The notes under the pieces: model-generated | What the model was told of the DNA's origin: nothing | Databases searched by the model: none | Seen by the model: the letters and a program-made list of their open reading frames with translations, nothing else | Part shown: piece after piece, positions 8,646 to 16,798 of the stretch | Position numbering within the stretch: position 1 is the first letter of the stretch | Layout: every line of letters starts with the position of its first letter | Position numbers and translations under genes: made by a program | From: Oscillatoria sp. SIO1A7 | GTDB lineage: Bacteria; Cyanobacteriota; Cyanobacteriia; Cyanobacteriales; Laspinemataceae | Assembly (NCBI GenBank): GCA_010672965.1 | Contig: JAAHFN010000034.1 | Location: forward strand, 1 to 64,000 | Reading direction: 5' to 3' | DNA: 64,000 nucleotides

Positions 8646-10754
8646 ATGATGAAAGAAAAATTTAACCGAAAGAGCAAAGAAGGAACCTATAGACTTCGGA
8701 GGCGGCGCAAAAGCCCGATCTCTACAGCGAGAAAAGACGATCTCTCTCGCCGATTGCGCTGGGCTTATCTGCGCAGAAGGTCCGGTGGAATAGGCATATC
8801 CCCTGGGGGAGAAGGGTCCGTTACAGGTCTTGGGCTATTGGAGAATCAAGAAGAATCCACAACCGAGGCTAAGGGTCCCAAGAAGCAGCCCAAAAATGTG
8901 GGTCGAGTAGTGGGGCAATGTCTAAGATTTATTTGGAAATGGCCCCTTTGGTGGTTTGCTCTGCTAGCGATTTGCAGTGGGGTTGGCGCGATCGCCTTGC
9001 AAAGATTGCTGACTATGCCGCCACAGACTGACTGCGAAACCCTCTCTGCAAATTCTCTGGATGGGGACCATCTCTATTGCGCCAATGCAGCCGCCAAGTC
9101 AGGGGAATTGGAAAAACTGATAGCGGCTATAGATTTGGTAGAAGGGTGGCCGGAGGACCACCCCCTGCGCGGCCAGGCACAAAGCCTGATGGGAGAATGG
9201 GCGAAAATGATGGTGGATATCGCCGATAAGAAATTTAATGGAGGCGATCGCTCTGAGGCAATGGAGATTGTGGCTAAAATCCCGGAGAAATCCCCCGGTT
9301 ACGAGCGCTTAATGAATAAGGTGGCAACCTGGGAAGGAGATTGGGATCGAGGTAAAGATATCTACAACGACGCCCAATATGCTTTGAAAAATAAGTCTTG
9401 GTCAGAAGCAAACAAGCACGCTAGGGAACTGTTGCTAGTCGATAATGCCTACTGGCGCACGGTGCGCTACGGTAAGCTCAAAGAGCAAATCGATAGGGAA
9501 GAGAAAGCTTGGAAAAAGCTGGAAAGCGCCCGGTATTATGCCAGTTGGGGCAGGGTGGAAGATCTGGTGTACTCCATCGACGAAGCCAGACAAATAGACC
9601 CTAGCACCTATACTAAAGCAGAGGCAGAAAAAGATGTGACAAAATGGAGCCAGCAATTGCTCGATATGGCTCAAAAACAATGGAAAAATGGAGATATGAA
9701 AAAAGCGATCGCCGCTGCAAATTGGATTCCTCCAGACTTGTCCATCCAGAGCGAGGCGGAAAACTTGAAGACTGTAATGCAGGCGGTGGCGCTGGTCGAG
9801 AATGATTCTCCTACGGCAGATCCGACGGAACGCCTATTTTCTTTTTGGCAAGCCCAAGCTTCTCTGGGCAAAATCGACTCGGAAAGCCAGATATACGAGC
9901 AAGCCCAAGAGTTGCAGGCTTCCTGGGAGGAACAAATACAAGACCTAGTACAGCTGCAAATGGCTAATTTAACTGCTAGTTTTGCTCACCCGGTCGCTCT
10001 GAAATTGGCTATAGACCAAGCAGAGATGATAGAGATGGATAGACCCAGACGGATTCAGGCTCAAACTCTTATTGCTGAATGGCGCAAGGAAATTCAAAAA
10101 ATTGAAGACCGCAGCTATTTGGCGCAAGCAAGAAGCTTGGCCTCCTCGGAGACAATTGAAGGGTATAAGGCGGCGATCGCTCTTGCTAGTAAGGTGGAGC
10201 TGGGACGACCTCTGCGCATAGAAGGGCAAACTCTAATAGCCGAATGGAAAAAACGGGTAGAAACAATAGAAGATAAACCTATCTTGGAGAAAGCTCGCTC
10301 CCTGGCAAAAGAAGGCAATCTCAAAGAGGCTGTGGAGACTGCAGAAAAGATTGGCCCCGGTCGGGCGCTGTACGAAGAGGCTGGCAATGAAATCTCTAAG
10401 TGGGTTGCCAAAATCCAAATTGCTGAGGATAGACCAATTCTAGACGAAGCCACATCCCTGGCAGCTCGAGGATTGCTGCAAGATGCTATAGACACTGCTT
10501 ATCAGATTGGCTCCGGTCGCGCTCTGTATAGCGAAGCTCAAGATGCAATCTACCGCTGGGAGGCACAACTTAGTGCAATCCGGGCTCGGGAAGCTGCTGC
10601 CCAACGTGCTGCTTACGAACGGCAAACAACAACTTACTATCAACAGTCGGAACCCTTCTATACCCCACCGGAACCGGTCTATACTCCACCCGCACCAGCT
10701 TATATTCCACCACCCGCTTATATTGCACCACCCGCTTATACTCCCCCAGAATAG
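8646..10754 (+). CDS. Repeat-containing membrane-anchored protein with a proline-rich C-terminal tail
   Basis: Basic N-terminus, one TM helix (WPLWWFALLAICSGVGAIAL), four roughly 35-aa internal repeats (RP.RI.AQTLIAEW....I..IEDR..L..A.SLA; GRALYEEA...), and an (A/P)PAYxPP tail. Confidence 0.55.
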   Translation: MMKEKFNRKSKEGTYRLRRRRKSPISTARKDDLSRRLRWAYLRRRSGGIGISPGGEGSVTGLGLLENQEESTTEAKGPKKQPKNVGRVVGQCLRFIWKWPLWWFALLAICSGVGAIALQRLLTMPPQTDCETLSANSLDGDHLYCANAAAKSGELEKLIAAIDLVEGWPEDHPLRGQAQSLMGEWAKMMVDIADKKFNGGDRSEAMEIVAKIPEKSPGYERLMNKVATWEGDWDRGKDIYNDAQYALKNKSWSEANKHARELLLVDNAYWRTVRYGKLKEQIDREEKAWKKLESARYYASWGRVEDLVYSIDEARQIDPSTYTKAEAEKDVTKWSQQLLDMAQKQWKNGDMKKAIAAANWIPPDLSIQSEAENLKTVMQAVALVENDSPTADPTERLFSFWQAQASLGKIDSESQIYEQAQELQASWEEQIQDLVQLQMANLTASFAHPVALKLAIDQAEMIEMDRPRRIQAQTLIAEWRKEIQKIEDRSYLAQARSLASSETIEGYKAAIALASKVELGRPLRIEGQTLIAEWKKRVETIEDKPILEKARSLAKEGNLKEAVETAEKIGPGRALYEEAGNEISKWVAKIQIAEDRPILDEATSLAARGLLQDAIDTAYQIGSGRALYSEAQDAIYRWEAQLSAIRAREAAAQRAAYERQTTTYYQQSEPFYTPPEPVYTPPAPAYIPPPAYIAPPAYTPPE

Positions 10755-10912
10755 GCTTATACTCCCCCAGAACCCGCTTATACTCCACCGCTAATTGACG
10801 CGCCAATTGACGAAATTGAGTAGTTAATTTTTTATGTCTGTCTTTTATTCGTGGTTTGTTATTCATGGTTGATTAGAGGTGAGTGCGAACTACGAAACAC
10901 GAACCGCGAACT

Positions 10913-12862
10913 ATGACCAATGCCGCCGGCGTCAAAATACTGCTCTTAGATCGCGACCCCATCTTCATGCTGGGTCTAAATGCTTTTCTATCCCGGGAAC
11001 CCGACCTGGAAGTGGTGGCACAGGCCAACGAGATTGCTAATGCGTTAGAGCAGCTTGCCGAAAGGGCAGCCCTAAGCAATCCACCAGCAGACTTAGTAGT
11101 TGTTGATTGGGGCTCTTTAGACGCTAAGGCAGAGGCAATATTGCCAGCAGAATCAGAAAAGATAGAGTTTCTGCAACAGCTACAAACCCAATATCCCAAA
11201 ATGCCTGTCTTGCTTTATAGCTCCTCGGCGAATCCCGCCCTCCTAAGACAAGCAAAAGCAATTGGGATTAGCGGCTATTGCCCCAAGGGTGCGGAACCGA
11301 CAGTTCTGCTTTCGGCAATTCGCGAAATAGCACGGGGTCAAACTTATTGGTCGGTTATTCCCGAGTCGGGAAATTCAGAGACACAAGCAGGACAAACAGA
11401 ACCCTGGCAAACAGAACCCTGGCAAACAGAAAAACCAGGCTCGTTTGCGGAACCGGCTGGCTCATTTTCTCTCTTCAAGCACAATTTGCGACTTAGAGGA
11501 AACCAGCAAATTGACGCCGAGGTGGCGAGACTGGAAACTCTGCTCCGAAATCGATCTGTTTCGGTTTTAGATAGGTTTTTTCTGCTGGGAAGGCGGCGAG
11601 AACTTCTGGTTGCCCGTTGGACGATCGCTCTGCTTTTCGGTTCGCCGCCAAGATACGCCTCTAATTATGATGATTCTGGCGGCTCCGATAGGTATAGAGC
11701 TGGAAAAGCTCCAGGAAAAATTCAGGCAGGAAAAATGCAGGGACAATTGGCCGCCCTTGCTTCAGAGCCAGAGAATCCTACCCCGGCAACCTTGCTGGGA
11801 GATGGAGATATCGGGGATGTTTCTCTTGAAATCGCCCTAGAGGAGGCAACGGGGTCTTTAGAGAAAGAGTCTTTTGGTGGGGTTCTAACTTCTAAGGCTC
11901 TGCAATCTGCTTTGTTTGAGGAGACTTTAGATAAGCTGCGCCAGTCCCGATTGCCCAACCTGACCGATGTTGCTCTAGAAATAGATATCCTCCGTACTGA
12001 GAAAAAAAAGCAGCTTTGTTTTCTGATTTTGCGCGAATTCGAGCATTTATTAGCTGAGTTGCGTTTTTCCCAAGTGATGCCGGAGCAGATTCCACAAAAA
12101 AGCCCTGCAGTCGTTAGGGATTTGTGGGAGGCTACGGTTACTGAGTTTTTCGGAAAATATGCTTCTCTTCAGGTGGGCGATCGCCAATTAGATATAGTGC
12201 CGTTGTTGCTGGAAGATGCGGAAATTGTCCAGCAAAGTATCCTAGATAAGATTCCCAGAGTCGCGGACTTGCTCGCACATATTCTTTTTCAAGTTCCTAT
12301 CGCCATTGAGAATATGTATTGTGCCGCTGGCAGCCCGGAAGCAATGCAACTTTCTCTAGCCCTGCTCGAAAATTTGATGCTGCAAGTGGCTAATGGAACT
12401 ATCGAACCCATGCTAAATCGGTTTGCCGATGTGGAGGCTATTAAACAAGGTTTTTACGATCGCCGCTGGATTTCTACCCGAGAACTAGAAAAATTTAGAA
12501 ACAACTTGTCTTGGAAGTATCGCTGGGAAAAATATTGGCTAGAACCGAAGGCAATTTTTGAAAGCCAGTTTTTGCTCTTGGTTGTGGAAGAAAGCGGCAT
12601 TATCAAAATATCCAGCTATGCTCCTCGCAACCAAGAATTAGCTAACCTAAACAATATCCAGCAAACGACGACCTTAGTTCTGGAAATACGAGATGCTGTC
12701 TCCCCCCGGGTGCGATCGCTCCTAGTGGGTGCCGGCAGTGCTGGGCGCTACCTCTTAGTCCAACTGGGTAGGGGGATTGGTTTCGTCGGTCGCGGTATTT
12801 TACAAGGGATTGGTAGTTCTTGGCCGGGTAAGAGAACTGGGAATAATCAAAATGAAAAATAA
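10913..12862 (+). CDS. Response-regulator receiver (REC) domain protein with a large uncharacterised C-terminal domain (DUF3685-like architecture)
   Basis: KILLLDRDPIFMLGLNAFL...DLVVVDWG...MPVLLYSSS is a CheY-like fold with the phospho-acceptor Asp; the remaining roughly 480 aa have no known motif. Confidence 0.6.
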   Translation: MTNAAGVKILLLDRDPIFMLGLNAFLSREPDLEVVAQANEIANALEQLAERAALSNPPADLVVVDWGSLDAKAEAILPAESEKIEFLQQLQTQYPKMPVLLYSSSANPALLRQAKAIGISGYCPKGAEPTVLLSAIREIARGQTYWSVIPESGNSETQAGQTEPWQTEPWQTEKPGSFAEPAGSFSLFKHNLRLRGNQQIDAEVARLETLLRNRSVSVLDRFFLLGRRRELLVARWTIALLFGSPPRYASNYDDSGGSDRYRAGKAPGKIQAGKMQGQLAALASEPENPTPATLLGDGDIGDVSLEIALEEATGSLEKESFGGVLTSKALQSALFEETLDKLRQSRLPNLTDVALEIDILRTEKKKQLCFLILREFEHLLAELRFSQVMPEQIPQKSPAVVRDLWEATVTEFFGKYASLQVGDRQLDIVPLLLEDAEIVQQSILDKIPRVADLLAHILFQVPIAIENMYCAAGSPEAMQLSLALLENLMLQVANGTIEPMLNRFADVEAIKQGFYDRRWISTRELEKFRNNLSWKYRWEKYWLEPKAIFESQFLLLVVEESGIIKISSYAPRNQELANLNNIQQTTTLVLEIRDAVSPRVRSLLVGAGSAGRYLLVQLGRGIGFVGRGILQGIGSSWPGKRTGNNQNEK

Positions 12863-13085
12863 ACAGCTAACAGCGGTCAGCTCTCAGCAGTCAGCGGTTA
12901 CTGCTTAAGCTCCGATCGCATTTTGATAAAATAAAAGATTGTTAAGCTCGGGTGTGGACCGCGATGCTTTGCCGTTCCCGAATAGTATAGTCATTTCAAT
13001 TAAGTTTGATACAGTTACAAGCGCTCTTATTGTAGGGGCGATTCGCGAATCGCCCCTACATCCTGTCTCATTTTTATTTGAAATG

Positions 13086-13188
13086 ACAATAAGCTATGAA
13101 TGTGCCCAATGCCCAATTCCCAATGCCCAATTCCCAATGCCCAATTCCCAATGCCCAATTCCCAATGCCCAATTCCCAATGCCTCGTT
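13086..13188. repeat. STRR heptamer tandem repeat (CCCAATG/CCCAATT) x14
   Basis: Read directly; it creates spurious N-terminal extensions on the flanking ORFs. Confidence 0.9.
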
Positions 13189-13677
13189 ATGAGTAAAGCA
13201 AATATTCTCGAACTCGCCTCCCAGGGGCATCCAAAAGCAATTGCTATCCTGCTGCACCGGGAACTGAAAACGAGGGGCGTTACCGTGAAAACGGCTCTGA
13301 AAAACGATCGCTTGCATATTGTCCTGGAGGCCGAGATAGTACCGGAACGCTTAGAATTTTTTGAATTAGTTCGCAACAAACTGACGGAGTTGAAGCCAGA
13401 GGGAATTCATCGGGTGAAAGTCTATGGCAGAAAACCAGGTCAAAAACCTCCCGCTTGGAATCAGGAGTTTGGTTTGGATGTCGGCGCTTTTTCCAGGCTA
13501 ATCGTTTCCCAATCTATAGAAGATATCGCACCCTCATCTATAGAAAATTACGAAGCTGGAGCGCCACAGAAGACTTTTATCAAACGCCAATATCTCAAAA
13601 TCGCAGGAATCGCTGGAGCCGTTGTTTTATTAATTGCAGGAATCGCGATCGCCGTTCGCATTCTCAGCAGCCAATAG
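13189..13677 (+). CDS. hypothetical protein with a C-terminal TM anchor
   Basis: ATG at 13189 after the repeat tract; C-terminal hydrophobic [19 protein letters not shown]. Confidence 0.5.
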   Translation: MSKANILELASQGHPKAIAILLHRELKTRGVTVKTALKNDRLHIVLEAEIVPERLEFFELVRNKLTELKPEGIHRVKVYGRKPGQKPPAWNQEFGLDVGAFSRLIVSQSIEDIAPSSIENYEAGAPQKTFIKRQYLKIAGIAGAVVLLIAGIAIAVRILSSQ

Positions 13678-13790
13678 GAAGAGCGGAAGAGCGGAAGAGC
13701 GGAAGAGCGGAAGAGCGGAAGAGCGGAAGAGCGGAAGAGCGGAAGAGCGGAAGAGCGGAAGAGCGGAAGAGCGGAAGAGCGGAAGAGCGG
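13677..13790. repeat. Octanucleotide tandem repeat GGAAGAGC x14
   Basis: Starts inside the stop region of the preceding gene. Confidence 0.9.
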
Positions 13791-13864
13791 ACTAGACAAT
13801 AAGCACGCTTTGGATTAAATTACGATAGGCGATCGCTCTTGGCATACTGGCTGAAAAGCCATAT

Positions 13865-14127
13865 AGGACTTACGCAAAATATCCAAATATGGTGTTTTGT
13901 AGGGGCAATCCCCCTGTGGTTGCCCCGTCCGTAGAGTTATATCAAATCCGGTTAAACATTTACAATATTTGTAGGGGTTCCCCGGGAGCGCCCCGGCCGC
14001 CTCAATCCACCCCAGCCTCTCCGAGGAGGGCTCCCAGGAGCGGAAGCCAACCGGGGCGCTCCCGGGGGCACCGCCCCTACGGAATTTATGGGTCATTAAT
14101 CGGATTTGATATTAATGCGTAAGTCCT
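13865..14127. mobile_element. MITE family B copy (AGGACTTACGCA / TGCGTAAGTCCT inverted repeats, GC-rich hairpin core)
   Basis: Inverted repeats at both ends; internal GTAGGGGCAATCCCCC hairpin as in the other copies. Confidence 0.5.
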
Positions 14128-14178
14128 ACCATAGAAAGTCTCGGCCGCGATCGCTTTGCTCTATTTGGTACAGAACAA

Positions 14179-14994
14179 ATGACATTAATCGTTTCTCCAG
14201 AGTGGCTTAACGAACATCTCGAAGATGAAGATCTAGTTATTGTAGATTGCCGCTTTTCTCTGGCGGACTCTGAAGAAGGTGCAAGGCAATATCAGGCCAG
14301 TCACATTCCGGGAGCCAGCTATCTACATTTAAACCGCGACCTTTCAGCGCCAGTAGCCAAGCATGGGGGACGCCATCCTTTGCCCGACCCTGCGGAGCTG
14401 TCTGAGAAATTGGCCAGTATCGGAATTAATTCGGGGAAAACTTTGGTAGTTGCTTATGATGATACTCGCTTTGCATTTGCCGGTCGTCTCTGGTGGTTGC
14501 TGCAATATATGGGACATTCTCGCGCTGCGGTTTTGGATGGGGGATGGGGAGGCTGGCTTTCTGCTGGCTATGGTACGACCAATGAGTTACCGCAAAAAAT
14601 AGGCGGCAATTTTCTGCCCGAAATTCAAGTAGGAATGGTGGTGGATATTGAAACGGTGAAGGCGCGCAAAGATTTGCCCGGTGTTGCTCTGGTGGATTCT
14701 CGCGATCGCGATCGCTATCTGGGGGAGCGAGAACCTATAGATCCGATTGCCGGTCACATTCCCGGAGCGGTTAACTATCCCTGGAAAGATGCGACCGATG
14801 AGGGGGGCAAAGCGCGACCCGCCGAGGCACAAAGCCAGCGGTGGACTCAGCTAGATTCTGCTGAAGAAATTATCGTTTATTGCGGCTCGGGGGTGACTGC
14901 TTGCACCAATTTATTATCTTTAGAAATAGCAGGGAAAAAGAATAGCAAACTCTATGCCGGTAGCTGGAGCGATTGGTGTTCTTATTTAGTTTAA
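14179..14994 (+). CDS. sseA: 3-mercaptopyruvate sulfurtransferase (tandem rhodanese domains)
   Basis: Two rhodanese domains; active-site loop CGSGVTA is the MST-type signature. Confidence 0.85.
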   Translation: MTLIVSPEWLNEHLEDEDLVIVDCRFSLADSEEGARQYQASHIPGASYLHLNRDLSAPVAKHGGRHPLPDPAELSEKLASIGINSGKTLVVAYDDTRFAFAGRLWWLLQYMGHSRAAVLDGGWGGWLSAGYGTTNELPQKIGGNFLPEIQVGMVVDIETVKARKDLPGVALVDSRDRDRYLGEREPIDPIAGHIPGAVNYPWKDATDEGGKARPAEAQSQRWTQLDSAEEIIVYCGSGVTACTNLLSLEIAGKKNSKLYAGSWSDWCSYLV

Positions 14995-14995
14995 C

Positions 14996-15148
14996 TATAG
15001 CGGGTCTCAAATTGATGTGAGGTGTCTGGGGCGAAGCATCCCAATATGAGAGTTGCCATTAGGAGCCCCGAGATTGTCGCTCGTGATGCTGTCGCCCCTA
15101 CGTTTCTAGGACTCGATACTTTATTACACTTATTTGAGAAACGCTATA
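14996..15148. mobile_element. MITE family A copy, orientation 2, immediately after the sseA stop
   Basis: TATAGCGGGTCTCAAAT...GGGGCGAAGCATCCC...GATGCTGTCGCCCCTAC...ATTTGAGAAACGCTATA. Confidence 0.65.
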
Positions 15149-15163
15149 TTTTTGACTAGATAA

Positions 15164-16255
15164 TTAAACGGTCTCGTAGCGACCCAACAAGAGACACTCT
15201 ACCAATCCGTCGCTTGTTTCTTGCCCTAGAAATCTCTGGGGGAAATCATTGACAATGCGGCGGCAGCGGTTAATGAATGCTCTAGCCCAATGTTCCAACT
15301 GTTCCTGCTCCCAACTGTTCAAGGTTGCATCTCTGGCACCTCTAAAAATCATTTTTCCAGAGGATAGGATTTCAAATTTGTCTAACCATTCTGCCTCCGG
15401 GCGGCTTGTCTTCCAGTAATGCAGTACCACCCGCATTCCCAAGTAGCGGTGCGCCAGCTCGCTGAGTCGGTTTAAGGCTGACAAATATTCGGCCAAAGTC
15501 GCCTCTGCCTCTGAGTCTAGTTCTGAGCGCGAAGCCAAAAGACGCAAATGGGAATTCTTTCCCAGGCTCTTGAACTGCAAGGGCGAAGGATTGAAAGGCG
15601 GCGGGTTGCCGGAGTTTACACTACGAGCTTCCTCAAGAATGCTTGTGTTTGCTTCGGGCCGTTGTTCTCGCTGGGCTTCCGGTTCCCAAACCCAGATAGC
15701 ATAGCCTTTTGCTGTCTGGGTTATTACTACGCGATCGCCCCCCCACTCCAGCTTGGCTTTAGCTGCTAGGGCTTTCTTTATGTTTGGAAAACTTCGAGCA
15801 AAACTGTAATGTTTCTTATCTATCGCAATCGCAGGCAAGCGTTCTGTCAGATTTGGGATGCGTATATAGCAGGTTTCGTATTCGTCGCGATAGAGAAAAA
15901 TACCTTTGGGAGCCGAGACTAAAGACAGCGCCTCTAGATCTATAAGCTCCTCCTCGGACCGGGGAGGTTTTTCCCCAGTAGATTGGTCGCTTGCTCTGGC
16001 TTCTTCTTCCAGAGCATCGGCGATCGCTTCTAGCTTTTTCGCCTGCTTTCTTAGCGATATTGCATATTCAAGCAATTTATCCCTCATTTTTCTAGCATTA
16101 CCTTTAGTAATGCGTCTGGATTGGTTAGTTAGGTTAGAGCCTTGACTGATTCTTAGCTTCAATTTTGCCAAAACAAGATTAAAACCCACATTCCGCAGGT
16201 TGAAAAAAACATCAATTTTTAGCTTAAATTCCCTCCAGGCTTGGGTGGAGAGCAT
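15164..16255 (-). CDS. hypothetical protein
   Basis: 363-aa ORF with coding-like composition; no motif recognised. Confidence 0.5.
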   Translation of the reverse strand: MLSTQAWREFKLKIDVFFNLRNVGFNLVLAKLKLRISQGSNLTNQSRRITKGNARKMRDKLLEYAISLRKQAKKLEAIADALEEEARASDQSTGEKPPRSEEELIDLEALSLVSAPKGIFLYRDEYETCYIRIPNLTERLPAIAIDKKHYSFARSFPNIKKALAAKAKLEWGGDRVVITQTAKGYAIWVWEPEAQREQRPEANTSILEEARSVNSGNPPPFNPSPLQFKSLGKNSHLRLLASRSELDSEAEATLAEYLSALNRLSELAHRYLGMRVVLHYWKTSRPEAEWLDKFEILSSGKMIFRGARDATLNSWEQEQLEHWARAFINRCRRIVNDFPQRFLGQETSDGLVECLLLGRYETV

Positions 16256-16499
16256 TTAGAGATCCTTGCGCTATCCTGGGGACCGCACATTGAAAAAGCG
16301 TTATTAGTAGTCATTATCAATAATTTAGTAGTTATAGCCACAGAATTTGAAACCGAATTGTGGATTATGACCAAACGTCCAAGATAGACTGAAATGCTTA
16401 TGCAGTAAGGATTTCAGGTAACGGGCAATCCTAATTCTTAAGTAAAATTACTTATGCTAGATGTGGTTTAAAGATAACAAGAGCAAAGACAATTTGATT

Positions 16500-16760
16500 T
16501 TAACTGCGGATTTTAACTCCATTTGGGCATGGGGGGCATGGGGGGCATGGGGCATGGGGAGACTTGGAGACATGAGGACCGAGAGACATGGGGACATGGA
16601 GACATGGAGACATGGGGACCATCGAAACCGCCAAGCTCCTCTTCCCGCTCCTCCCACACCTCCCTTTCACCTCCCACCTTTCCCCATTTCTCCAGTCTCC
16701 CCGTCCCCAAGTTTCCTTGTCCCCATGTCCCCATGTCTCCCCATGCCCCCTGCTAGAATT
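16500..16760. repeat. Low-complexity inverted repeat (CATGGGG/ACATGGAG tracts versus their reverse complement) around a CT-rich spacer, directly upstream of the MVP gene
   Basis: catggggacatggagacatggagacatgggga (16590-16625) and tccccatgtccccatgtctccccatg (16715-16745) are reverse complements. Confidence 0.6.
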
Positions 16761-16798
16761 TAGATTCAGTAACTAATCCCGTTAAGGCCAAAAAATAC

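Noticed and set aside
9435-10866. Several 60-126-aa antisense or alternate-frame ORFs inside the 8646-10754 gene
   Set aside because: They are embedded in a much longer ORF with internal repeat structure and a clear TM topology, a typical shadow-ORF pattern.
16457-16776. Overlapping small ORFs (62-100 aa) on both strands upstream of MVP
   Set aside because: They are produced by the CATGGGG/ACATGGAG low-complexity inverted repeat, have no RBS, and show extreme amino-acid bias.
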